A stretch of 63,859 nt of DNA, counting the filler, from Rhabdomonas costata (lineage: Eukaryota): the NCBI GenBank assembly GCA_019059605.1. It is 36 parts of 36 records of this genome, joined end to end, with 100 filler letters (N's around TTAATTAATTAA, not from the genome) between each part and the next. Parts side by side here need not be neighbours in the genome. Positions count along the whole stretch, not along the records: positions 1 to 1,678 come from JAHMHO010010802.1; positions 1,779 to 3,455 come from JAHMHO010010803.1; positions 3,556 to 5,233 come from JAHMHO010010804.1; positions 5,334 to 7,011 come from JAHMHO010010805.1; positions 7,112 to 8,789 come from JAHMHO010010806.1; positions 8,890 to 10,567 come from JAHMHO010010807.1; positions 10,668 to 12,344 come from JAHMHO010010808.1; 29 more parts are not named here. One strand, 5' to 3'. Below are positions 1 through 11,821 of the stretch, one piece after another. Position 1 is the stretch's first letter. Each line of letters begins with the position of its first letter. The position numbers and the translations under genes are program-made. The notes under the pieces were generated by a model. The model saw only the letters and a list, made by a program, of their open reading frames with translations. It made no database searches and was not told the DNA's origin.

Positions 1-668
1 ACACGAAAACCAGCCTGGGAACTCAAACGGGAAGCGGTTCAAGAAATGGAAGAGCTAACTGCTCAGGAACGCGAAAACCTCCGTACAGACGTCCAGATAG
101 AGAAACGAACGAGATCAGCGGTGGTCGATCTTAATTTCGCAATGGGGCGTCTAGCAAAGCGAATGCCCGCATAAGCATCTCGATCAGTCTTAGGAGCACT
201 CCCCCCCGCCACTCTATCTCAGAGTGCGCAAACCAGGTTGAAGGTTCGGATCAGCTGAAGGATACGCTCCTCCAGAACAGCGTACGGCACCACACTGGAG
301 GAGGGCAGTCTCAGCAGGAACCCCTGGGGGTTGGAATCCCACCACACCGATCCGAGATCAAAACATGAAATTTAAAGCCCGGGCTGCACGCACACCACCT
401 GAACCTAAACCTAAGCTTTGGTTTGCAGGCCGTGGCTGTCCAGCCTGGACGCAGAAACCTCGTCAATGCCTGGGCTGTTCTGAGAACAGGCCTCGGTTAT
501 GCGTTTGCGATGCGAAAGGATGGCATTTGAGACAGGAAATTTCCATAGCCTGCGTGCGATCTGGAGCTGTTGTGCGATTCCCTATACGACACAACGGCTA
601 CGACTGGCAGCAAGTCTCCGGTCGGAGGTGCATGTATTCAATGCATCTTAGTGCATCTTATTGCAAGC

Positions 669-1565
669 TTATGTGACCCGCATGCTTACTCGGACTGTCT
701 CGAAAGTCCTTCTAGTGCTGACAAATCTGGAGGACAGAAATCCGGATCGACCGCTAAACTGCGCCGCACATGCTGTGGAGCGAGAGCTGTGTATGACAAA
801 AAATCGCGCCTGAGAGTGGGCGCAGGCGGGGTGGGATGGCTCCCGGGTTAGCCTAGCGGTGAGGTAGTGCTTCTCCTTCACGTTAAGTTGGCAGTACACC
901 GTAAAGTGCTCCTCCACCACGGCAGGGGGAGGGGAGGCCAGCTGCCCTGCTGGGGCAGCGGAAGGCTGGGCGAACCGATCCGAGACCTGCAGCCGCAGCC
1001 GGTGGCTGTCCCCTGGCTCCAGCACCACCACGCCCGCTTCCTGAACCATTCACCCAGAAAAACCAACATCAAGCACATTACAAATCAAGCTCATCCACTG
1101 TCTCGAGCGCTATCGCAAAATTCGCTTCACTTCTTTAGAGGTGTTTTCTCGTCTGGTCAGTCGTCCGGTCTCTGCATTTGTCAGAATGCTACAACTTTTC
1201 TCATTTCAAGCAGCTCGAGAGCCACGCCTCCCTCGAAAGCGTTTTTCAAGAATTCTTTTCAAGAGCGAGTGTACCTTAGCTGGAATAGCCTCCTCCCCAG
1301 TGCTGATACCGGCACCAGGCGAGGGTGGGGTGGAGGGACAGCCTCCCCGCCGCGGCAGCAGCACCCCCACGAAGAGGTGCCTGAGAGAGTCCGTGCGGAC
1401 GAAGTAGGGCACCGCGCAGGGCCACAGGTTGGTGACCACGCACTCCTCCGCGGCGCCGCCGCAACCAAAGCTAAACTCGCTTCTTGACACGCACAGGGCG
1501 GGTCGCAGGTGCCTCGCGGTGAGGCGGACCACCTCCTGATAGTCCTTAAGATTGTTTTTGTGCAT
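669..1565 (-). CDS. Hypothetical protein fragment, at least two exons (about 1565-1275 and 1040 onward)
   Basis: AAG|GTACAC donor at 1274 and TTCAG acceptor at 1041 join in phase 0: ...GEEAIPAK|EAGVVVLEPGDSHRLRLQV. Outer boundaries are uncertain and no family was recognised. Confidence 0.5.
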
Positions 1566-1778
1566 CTCAAAATGTGCGAGGATGTGATTCGGCCTTGAAT
1601 TTCAGCTGCATCTGACAAACGGATGCTAGCGCCCTAATGACGCTGTCGTGCAAGAGACTTACCACAATCACCAACTCCNNNNNNNNNNNNNNNNNNNNNN
1701 NNNNNNNNNNNNNNNNNNNNNNTTAATTAATTAANNNNNNNNNNNNNNNNNNNNNNNNNNNNNNNNNNNNNNNNNNNN

Positions 1779-3455
1779 TGATGTTTCCCATGGCATTGTT
1801 CTGGACGTCGTTGTCTACCAGGACGGCGTCTGCGGTGTGGTAGATGCCACGCTTGGAGTTGTTGAAGACCTTGTTCCCGGTGACCTTCACGCTGCCCTCC
1901 ACGTTGATCCCGTTGAAGTTGTTGCCGCTGATGGTGTTCCCCGAGAGAAGGCCGCTGCGCACCCCCACCCCCACCACACAAGCATCAACAGAAAATCAGA
2001 AGGTTGGAATCCAAACCGGAACTGGATTTGGTGGATTTCCCGGTTCAAGGCTCGCTAAGTTCCATACATCAATTTTTTGCCCACTGCCGCATGGACGCAC
2101 TACCATTGTGAATGATTTTTGCGCCGGAGGTGCGAGAATTTTTCTGAACATTTAGTCAACGTTGTTCGATACCGAACACCAGTGCCAGATGTTCGGCAAT
2201 GCGTTTTCACAGAGTAATGTTTGCGACCGAAAGTCATAAAGCCTGCAAAAAAGAACAAGCATAGCGAAGCTCTGAGTTTACCGTGTAACGTACCTTACAA
2301 CGACACGACCGTAGGAGAGATTGCATGAAACGATTACGTTGTTGACGTGCTAGTGGGCGACGTATATGTTGCCGAGAACGAAAGAAGGCGGAGTGGGGTT
2401 CATGCAAACAACTGCGACGACCATCACCCCGCGGGAATGAAAAAAAGCACACAAACAACAGCAGGAGGCATACAAGCCGCCGGAGTGGATGTAGACCCCG
2501 TTCTGGCGGTTGTCATGGATGTTGTTAGACTTAACCTCCGGGGTGGAGCTGTTGCGGATCTCAATCCCGCTGAACCTGCAGGCAATTCATTTTTGAATCA
2601 TCTCCAAAGAAGAGCACTTATGACAAAGTGTGTGCGGGTGCGCGGGGGGGGGGGGGTCGTATACTTCTTTCCTTTTGTCCTCACCCGTTCAACCCGTATC
2701 TTCACTCCACTCACAACTCTCAACGTCCACAACGTTAGAGGTTTACCCCCCCTCCTCCCCAATAAACGAGCGCACCTATTCTCGAAGACGTCGTTGTGCT
2801 CGATCAGCCCGCCGGCACGGTTGGTGACCAGTACTCCGCACTGGTTGGCGTGGTGAATGGAGTTACCCCGAAACACCGGGGCGGTGTACTCGGAGTCCCC
2901 GTAGACCTATGCGCCCAGAGGTAGGGAGGGAATGGTCAAGCGAAGAGGAAGAGGGGGAGCCCTCCTGAACACAGATTTTCAAAAAAAAGTGCTTCTCATG
3001 TGCTGGTCGTGGTTCAGCACCGCTTCGAAGGTGCAGGGCAGGGGAGGCCAATGATTTCTCTCACGGGCGGGAACGGTTGCGAGCCTTGCCTGTGGTGGTT
3101 GTAGCCACCCAATTCCCACCAATTCCCAATGAAAGAGGATCTATCTCTTGATCAAGAGCTCAGACAGACAGTAATTGAGCGCAGTAATTGGGTGCAAAAC
3201 CTGACGACGTTATCTTTTTGTTGGACTTTCCATGGTCCATGAAAGAATTGGAACTGTATGTGTATGTGTGTGGTCACCTTAACGCAGCTCAGGCCGGCGT
3301 TGCGGATCTCGCAGTTCTCCACGACGATCTCCCCCTCCACCACTAGAACGCAGTAGTTGTCCCCACAGATCGCACTGGCCGATGTCCCGCCCCCTCCAGA
3401 GCCTCCGCCCACGGAGACCGGCACGCATTCCAGGGTCAGGTTCTTAACCAAACCC
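1779..3455 (-). CDS. Right-handed parallel beta-helix (PbH1/CASH) repeat protein, FBXO11-like, partial; exons 3455-3278, 2906-2776, 2575-2474, 1954-1779
   Basis: Three GT-AG introns join in frame: ...VENCEIRNAGLSCVK|VYGDSEYTAPVFRGNSIHHANQCGVLVTNRAGGLIEHNDVFEN|RFSGIEIRNSSTPEVKSNNIHDNRQNGVYIHSGG|FGLLSGNTISGNNFNGINVEG. These are regular 22-23 aa Asn-ladder repeats. Confidence 0.88.
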
Positions 3456-3590
3456 NNNNNNNNNNNNNNNNNNNNNNNNNNNNNNNNNNNNNNNNNNNNT
3501 TAATTAATTAANNNNNNNNNNNNNNNNNNNNNNNNNNNNNNNNNNNNNNNNNNNNGGGGTGGATGCCCTGTCCATGCCGCAGCAGGCGTG

Positions 3591-5233
3591 ACGCCTGCTG
3601 CGGCATGGACAGGGCATCCAACCCCCTCCCTTCCTCCCCATGATCGAGCTCATCCTCCAGAAGCTGCAACGACTGCGGTAGGCTCAGCCTCTGGGAGACT
3701 CCGTTTCCCTTCCAAAGATGGCACAGAAAGACAATGCAGTGGGCCAATGCTGTAGTCTGGCCCTTCTCCACGAGCTGCTCCACGAACCTCAGGTCTAACT
3801 CATGGCCGTCTCCGAACAGAATTGTTCCCACCGTCTTTGCGCTGAACTTCCCGCTGAGGACCGGGAGGGCCTGCTCAGGCATCGGGAGCCGAGGTCGGAA
3901 TAGGGCAAAAGCCACTGGTGTCGGAGCTGGGGGGATAGCGCAGTCACTGGGATGGGAGGAAGCAATGGCTTTGGCTTCTGCTGTGACATCCTTGGCGGAA
4001 AAGTGATCCATCATCAGCACAGTGTCTGCGACATCAAAGTAGTCTCCACATCCACCCATGACCAGAATGGTGGAGACTCCGTGCAACGAGTAAAGCTCTC
4101 GTACGCGGTGCAGAAAGGGTGTAATGGGCTCCTTGTCCCTGGAGACCTGCAACAACGCCCGCCCTCGAAGCACTCTGGTTAACAAACGCGAAACGCAGGG
4201 GGTCAACCTCACACAGAAATGAGCCCAGACAACACCACACCAACTTCTGCATCCGCGCGTCGCGGATCATAAAGTTCGTGGCGCAGGTGTCCTCGTCGAG
4301 GAGTAGCACCTTGGACCCCGCCTCCAGAGCCTCCACGATGTTCGCCGCCTGTGAGGTGCTTCCACTGGCGTCCATACTGGTGAACTGAGAGCTGTTCAGG
4401 GCCTGAGGGAGGTTGCTGATGAACGTGGAAATGTCCACACAGCCGATGCTGCGGCCGTCTTCGGATCGCACCTTCACCGCGGTGGAATGCAGCGCTACAA
4501 GCTCACGGCCGTCCCCCGGGACGTGATTGTACACCCCAACCTGAAGGGCCTGCAGCAGAGTGGACTTCCCGTGGTAACCTCCACCTGGGTGGTTGAACAC
4601 ATCAGCATGAAAAATTGTGTGAAGACTGCGGAAGGCGGAAGGAAGGACCCCATTAACCCATACCTGTCATTCAACTCACGTGATTCGTGCTGCGCAAGTC
4701 GGAAAGCACGGTAAACTGGACACAAAAAGAGTTACCGCTCATAACTGATCCGACAACTGAACGGCGAAGTTATGATAACGTCGTTCGCAGCGGGCGGGAG
4801 CACGGCTTTACTCCCTTCCAGATTAATAACGCAAACGCATCCGCAATCGCAGGCAGGGGAAGGTGAGCGGCAATACCAACAATCAAAGTCACTCCTTTGG
4901 GGATGCCCATCCCCACCACCTTGCCCCGATTGGGTAGCGTAAAACACATCTCTAGGCTAGGCGGGCTCAGGAACGGTACCACTGTGCTGCGCCCCGAGCC
5001 CACCATCGGCAGGTCTGACGCCCCACTGGCTCGAGGCAGTACCGCCCCATTCACTACAAACCCCACAACATCGGGGGACCGCTCCACAAGTCTTCTCAGT
5101 GCCTCTTGGTCCTCCACGCTAAGCACGTGGTGCCAAAGCTCTGGAGCTGCTGCCGCCTCCGGGGGTAGCCACGCTGGTGGGGGTGGACTGGAAGGAGAGG
5201 GACCGTGGGAACGGTAGCAGAGGGCTTGCCGCA
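3591..5233 (-). CDS. ABC-class ATPase domain protein (COG3044/ABC_ATPase family, MRB1590-like), partial; exons 5233-4877, 4584-4241, 4146 to about 3591
   Basis: Contains NGAVLPRASG, GMGIPKGVTLIVG|GGYHGKST (Walker A), DASGSTSQAANIVEALE, LLLDEDTCATNFMIRDARMQKL|VSRDKEPITPF and VMGGCGDYFDVADTV. Two in-frame GT-AG introns. Confidence 0.92.
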
Positions 5234-5728
5234 NNNNNNNNNNNNNNNNNNNNNNNNNNNNNNNNNNNNNNNNNNNNTTAATTAATTAANNNNNNNNNNN
5301 NNNNNNNNNNNNNNNNNNNNNNNNNNNNNNNNNTTTGAGAGAGCGAAAATAATGGGCCATCATATAATGGATCAACGTCGACGTTGATGGCACAGTCATG
5401 GGGTCAGGTTGAGGGATCAACGGTCTTAACTGCATTGCGCAACTTCCTCAACCAGGGGGCGTGGGATTCAAGCTAAGACTTGCCATGGGTAAGTGCGCGA
5501 GGCACGTGTCCGCTCGAGGTCGGTCTAGATTGTCATGCGCTGTGGAGACGCCGGCGTGTGTCGCAGATTGCCTTTATGTACTCTAGAGGGCTCCGGGAAT
5601 TAGTCTACCTGACCCAGTGGCAGGGCTCCTGCAAAGCGCTGTGTGTTGGAGGGCCCCGTGAAAGAGAACGTCCAGGTTCCCCTGGCCACGCTGTGTGGCT
5701 TTCATTTGCCTTTCTGTGCCACTTCCAG

Positions 5729-5814
5729 GAGGTGTCTCAGGAGTGGGTTGGCTACCTGCACTGCTTCTTCCAGGCCAGGCAGTACCACTTCGTGTACTCT
5801 TCCTACGGCTACGG
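5729..5814 (+). CDS. Isolated internal exon, unknown protein (EVSQEWVGYLHCFFQARQYHFVYSSYGYG)
   Basis: TTCCAG acceptor, GG|GTGTGA donor and GC3-rich codons. Confidence 0.45.
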
Positions 5815-7204
5815 GTGTGAGGCTTTTGTTCCCCAAGAAGGTTTCCTCCCTTTTTCATGGGTGGGTGGAGTTGGGGATATATATCGCCATGGACGCGTTT
5901 CTTTCACCCACTGATAAAGAAAGGCAAAAACACCCCCGCAGACGCGAGCATATGCGATGTGGCAGGAAACTGAACAACCCACAACGGTAACAGCAACCAG
6001 CCCACGCCACTTCGTCGTACACCGTTTTCTGCGTGGTGCGTAGATATCGAGCAAGAGCGGCGGGCTGGGGTTTCCCACATCGCTGTGGACATGTCGATTT
6101 TACGCAAAATCACATTCTTTCTCATGCCAACATCCAACCACTGGAGGTAGCAAGTGGAGTGAGGGATGTCGAGTTAGACTCGCGAGGCATCTCGAACGCA
6201 GTGGTGGTTTTCATTCTGTCATGTCGTCCTCTGCGGGCTCCGCTTCAGATGGTTGCCTCAGGGTCACTGTGGCATCCGGTCACCTCATACACTGATCCCT
6301 CCCACTCACTCTGCCACCACCATCAACAGTAGCACCACGGTTGGCAACATCTCTTGCTGTGGTTCGGGTTGACAGGTGTGAGTAACAGCAATTATACCGT
6401 CGGTTGTACGCATATGGCTATTGCATCATAGTTGTAATCCCTCTGGCATCGCTACCACTACTGCCACCTCAACCACCACCATGGGGTGCGTGATTCGGGT
6501 CGTGAGGTGCGAGTGAGAGTAGCGTGCACTACCAGCACCGGTAACCACTTCACCTCAATCACTTACCTCGTGTGGGTTAAGTGTGTTTATTGTCCCCAAC
6601 AGCAGGTTTCGCAGGCCCACTGCAGGTCGACCTTGAGTCACCTACCCGCTACTAACACATACATCTCGTGTGGGTTCATGTCCAAGTTGGCATACCCGAC
6701 GTGTGGTAAGGGCATCACCTCTCACCACACCGTAACACCGACAACAAGAGGCAGAGATATAACGGTAGATGACCGACACGCGCACCAACCGTGAAGTAAG
6801 GAATACAGCCCCTGACAACGCTTCCCAAACCCGTAACACCATCCAACCTCACGAACTCACCACCTCAAGTCACTACCCAGCACCGAACCCACACCCCGCG
6901 CACACACCCAACTCAGAAGCACCGAAGGCCAAGTCACGAACCCCGAATACCGGCCACCAACCCCACGAACCCGAGACCGAAACCCGAGAACGTCAGCAGA
7001 AACCCAAAACANNNNNNNNNNNNNNNNNNNNNNNNNNNNNNNNNNNNNNNNNNNNTTAATTAATTAANNNNNNNNNNNNNNNNNNNNNNNNNNNNNNNNN
7101 NNNNNNNNNNNGGGTTGTGTTCCATGTGAACAGAACTGTGGACATTGCTGCATTGCTCCCTTTGACAAGTATTGTCATCCATTCATCCATTCTCTACTTG
7201 GCAG

Positions 7205-7306
7205 GTCCGGCCCATGTCCTCTGTGGTAGAGGTCGGCGAGAAGTCCGGTGTGATGCTGCTTCTGGGCAGCGACCCCCGCCAGCCCCTCACCACGCTGGTG
7301 CCCAAG
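7205..7306 (+). CDS. Isolated internal exon, unknown protein (VRPMSSVVEVGEKSGVMLLLGSDPRQPLTTLVPK)
   Basis: TTGGCAG acceptor, AAG|GTACAC donor, 102 nt open in phase 0 with GC3-rich codons. Confidence 0.5.
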
Positions 7307-10141
7307 GTACACTCTCAGACCCTGAATCTTCTCCAACGTTATCGCGTACCATATTGTGTGGGTGCCTGTGTGGATACGGAGGCCATCAGAATCTGATCCC
7401 AAGGACTCAAGAACCCAAGGAAAGTCGCGGATTTCCGCGCTTGCTACGTATGAGGCGCCATTTTCCCTATACACAACAACAAGGTTACGAGTGCGGCGGG
7501 GGGGCACCCTGCGGAGGATTCTCCAATAAGTCCTAGATCGCGATCAACCAAAAGATTTTTTTGCCTTGTTTTCATTCGTGAGTGACCCTATTTATCACGA
7601 GTTATCTCTCTCTCCGTTGGTGGCTCATTCTTGCACCGGGCATCTGCCGCGAAAGCACTGACCTGCTCTGCTTTGCAAAGACCTCCCCCCTTCCAGCGTA
7701 TCCCAGCATCGTATTACTTTTTGTGTGCATGCTTGTGGTGTCCGTCCTGGCGAACGTTCTGTTGCGCGTGACCGTGTTTTAATGCGCCAGTAAGAACCGG
7801 TTGATCCGCACCCCAGCAACTGGCCAGGCAGTGGGAGGATCTTCGGAAGCTCGCTGGATGGATGCCCACACACAGTGGTTCTAATGTTTCCCAGGGACCT
7901 CCACCCGGTGGAGGAAGGGTTACTCCTCCAAAAGCAGCGGCCATAGACGCAGAAGGTTCGATCAGACGCAGGCCTGGAGGAGAACTCCAAACAAACGTGT
8001 GCGTTGTGCAATAAGTGTGTATATAAGTGTGAGGGGTCGGGCGGGTGGGTGAGTCCCGATCCTTTGGTCTCAGGTCAAGCCCACCTCCTCTGTAGTGGAA
8101 TTTGGGGAGAAGGTTGGAGCCTCGCTGCTGCTGAGCTCAGACCCCCGGATGCCGGTCTCCACACCCGCCCCACAGGTTTGCGCGATTGCTGAAGGGAAGT
8201 GCCATGAAGTGCCAGTTAGGGCGTCTGAGTTGTTAAAGGGGGGGGGGTTGAGTTGAGGCTCGGCTTTGGGAGATGAAGGATAGGGTTTTGGGGTTGGGAC
8301 TCTGAATTTCGTTGCTATTTTGTATTTGGGTATGGGTATGTGTTGCCGTCCCTACACTTTTGAGTGAAAAAGGGCCAGCAGAGGTCAGAGTAGAAGTGGA
8401 ATTGGAGTTACCAGTCAATGGAAAAGCGGATTACGAAAATCAAAATGGGCTTAAAGCTGACATTAATTCTGTATCACAGACCCGCTTTCTGTTGTGGTCA
8501 ACAAGGCGAAGGGCCCCAGAAAACAAATAGCCATCAGAGTTTGTTGCCCGGTGCCCCATCGTTGAAAATGGGACTAAGGGAATCGGTTCTGAAACTCCTG
8601 AAAACGGGCAGACTCAAAATGAGCGAAATCAATTGGGCGAAAAAGAAACTGTGCAGGTATAGTTTCAGGTATAGTTTCGTGGATGTGGACCCTCCCCCTT
8701 GGACGCTAGAACTCCTGTTCTATTGCTGAGTTAGAGGCAGTGCAGGCGAAGCCCCCACCACCACCACACACACAGACATCCACACAACANNNNNNNNNNN
8801 NNNNNNNNNNNNNNNNNNNNNNNNNNNNNNNNNTTAATTAATTAANNNNNNNNNNNNNNNNNNNNNNNNNNNNNNNNNNNNNNNNNNNNGGGTGTTGGGC
8901 TGAAGTTATCACTGAAAGAGCAGATTCAAAAAGGGGCGATATTAAATGCTGCCTGCGTCTCGACCTGCTACCATATCCACTGAGATGATGAGATTTGCGG
9001 CGAACGGAACGCCCAACTTGCCGAAATGTAGTGTTGCGCAATGTCCTGCACGCAGTCAGAATGCGGCTCCGTCAGTGGAAGTGTCGCGATTCGCTGCCGG
9101 TTTTTTCTCGCGGAGGCTCGTCTGCTTATCAGCTGCATTAACTGTTGGAGTTCTTGACAAGAGAATTTCAGAACTATATGTTTGGAAAAGTTATTATTAT
9201 TAGGATTTGGTTAACCCCCTTTTGGAGCCAGCTGAGGGATATTTATGCACTGGTTAGCAGAGTCAGCTGTGTATAGACGATGCTTTCAGTGCCCGCCGTT
9301 CCCGCGAAAGGTTTAAACCCCCGACCACATTTTGCGAATTCGTTTGTCCGTTCATTTTTCCGCCATGTTGTGCGGCATGTTCCTTTTGCCGTTTTACTTA
9401 TCACTGTTCACGAAATCGGTGAGACTTTAAAATTTTGAGACTTTGTCAAGACAGACCAGTTGCTTAGTAAAGCCATCGGCCCTGGCTCTCAGTGGAAACC
9501 TACGAAATTATGAAATTGCAACTGCTGGAGTTCTGCGTCTCGTTGAATGACATGACCTGCGGCTTCTCAGAGAGGCTAAAAGCCCGTGTCATATGATTTA
9601 TGGTGCCACGGTTTATGATGCGTGAAATGTCATTCTCCTGTGTTGGAAGTCGAAAGTGAGTTTGCCATCACCTGAAATACACAGGAAGGAGGAAGAAAGG
9701 GTGCTGTTTCGTATACACTGCGCTTCAAATGCGTGAAATGTTGCAGACCAACAACCCCCGGTGTGTGTGTGTGTGCGTGTGTGTGTTTGTAGCGAGGGCT
9801 GCGCAGCGGTGCGCTTTCGGATCGCTCGAAACGTTCCTTGCCCGGATTGCGGCAACCTTTGCGATTCCGGCACGAAACATAAGTACTTCAACCTCGTTTG
9901 TGAAAAATTATCGTGCGCACGCCTAACGGGCCTGTTCAACGTTGCGCGTGAGTGTGCGCGACGGAAGTCGACTGAAGTTGCACCGATGTGTGGCTTGCCT
10001 TCGGAACCATACTTTGGAGTTTGGGGGTATTTCACAACAGTGGGTATTGGGTCCCTCGTTTTCAGGTTTATTCCGGGTTGCACGGGAGATACCTTGAAGC
10101 TCCCGCCCAGAAGCGACTCAAGAGGTCGAGCCGACAGACAG

Positions 10142-10567
10142 GTGTTCCCCACGCTGTTCCCCAACGTTATGTTCCGCCAGGTAAGCTGGATCCCGATGGA
10201 TACCCTTGGTCTGGATACCCAAGGGATAAACTACCAGCATTTGGATCCGAAATTCTTCGAATTTATGAAAAACTTAAAAGTTCGAAGTTTTTTTTTCCGA
10301 ACGTTCCGAATTTTTTGGAATCGAAGACGGAAAAACGGGAACAAAATCCAAATTTTCCGAATTAGAATTGCCGAGATAAAATAAGACAGATGCGCTTGTG
10401 AAAAGTGATGGCAATGCCCTCACCGTGCAGATCCTTTCCCTTTGGTTTATAGAGAGCTGGTGGTACAAGGCCAAGCAGGATGCTCACCACCTGAACAAGC
10501 TGCTGGAGGCGCTGGACACCTACGGAGCCTCGTCTGGCGTAGACCCCGCGCTGTATGAGGCCACCCA
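10142..10567 (+). CDS. Unknown protein fragment, exons 10142-10180 and 10431-10567
   Basis: VFPTLFPNVMFRQ|ILSLWFIESWWYKAKQDAHHLNKLLEALDTYG joined via CAG|GTAAGC and GTGCAG in phase 0. Confidence 0.55.
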
Positions 10568-11016
10568 NNNNNNNNNNNNNNNNNNNNNNNNNNNNNNNNN
10601 NNNNNNNNNNNTTAATTAATTAANNNNNNNNNNNNNNNNNNNNNNNNNNNNNNNNNNNNNNNNNNNNGGGGGGTACGTGTCCTTCGTATTTTGGGATTTC
10701 CTGCATAATGCTGGTAACATGGTAGAAGCAGAGTCATCCTTCATATCTCTCTAGCAGGTCGTCGCCAGCTGAGGACCTTCATACTTTTTTCTTTGGCAGC
10801 TTCGTTTCGCCAGCAATTTTGTCGCTGACAAAGCAACGTCCAGCAGGCGAGGTACACCAGCCGTTGCAGGGTGCAAACGACCTCTGTCTTGTGCGAAGTA
10901 AAGGGAAACATGGGGCTGGTGTCGGGCCCTCTGGCCAGTATTCAAAACATGGGTTGCCGATAGGCTTAGGTGCACTTGACGGCGGAAGGGTGAGAATGTG
11001 GGGGGATGTGGTTCAG

Positions 11017-11821
11017 ATGTTGGACATTGTCATGCCAGTGGCCGCTTCCGCTACGCACCGCTACAACGTGAGCGTGGCCTTCGCCAGGCCCGACGCGCTG
11101 AAGGGCTCCCTTGTGACAACCCTCAAGTCGTTCCAGCCCACCGTCTTCCTGGGGGTGCCCCGTGTCTGGGAGAAAATGGTTCTTGTGCCCTTGCAACATG
11201 CAATGTTTGGAACTGATGGATGTGCCTCCTGAATCCGTATCAGTAGGTGTTTTGCTTGATGCACGTTTCTTAATGACAGGGTTGGCTTGATCAAGATTGG
11301 AGTGCCTGTATTCTTGATTCGTCCATTTAGGGGCATGAAGTGGCATATTTGTGACGTGCAGATGTATGGCTAACGAGCGAATGTGTTTTATCTTGTGCAT
11401 ACATATTACATGTTATTTCGAGGAGTTTACAGCGTCTGTCCTCACTAAATTATTGCTGCTTATTATTTTTAGATACTTTTTCCTTACCCGCTCTTGATTC
11501 CTCCGCTGCACCTTGCTAAGCAATTGTTATTCTGCATCCTAAGTAACCAACAGCCTCCGGCGCCGGTGGCAAAGCCTTTTTGGCGGAGCAGAAGGAAAAG
11601 GAGGCTTTGTTTCTTGTGGTTGCAACCACTTTTCATAAACTCGTTAAACTCGTTAAACTTGCAAGGGCTTCTTCGACTGTGGCAGTTTGTTTATTGTGGC
11701 TCGCATTTTCCAGGTTGAGGGTATGAAGGAGAAGGGGAAAGAGACCAAGGGCCTGAAGAAGTCCCTCGTCAGCTTCGCCCGCTCCGTGGGAGAGGCTGCC
11801 GCAAATGCTGCCCAGGCCGGG
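11017..11821 (+). CDS. ACSBG: Long-chain fatty acid-CoA ligase, bubblegum/ACSBG-like, partial; exons 11017-11178 and 11714-11821
   Basis: FARPDALKGSLVTTLKSFQPTVFLGVPRVWEKM|VEGMKEKGKETKGLKKSLVSFARSVG is the characteristic ACSBG segment. Phase-0 GT-AG intron. Confidence 0.88.

Noticed and set aside
9761..10140. Cys-rich 207-aa ORF as a zinc-finger protein
   Set aside because: It starts in a (GT)n microsatellite, has no consistent finger spacing or host codon bias, and only its 39-nt exon at 10142 looks real.
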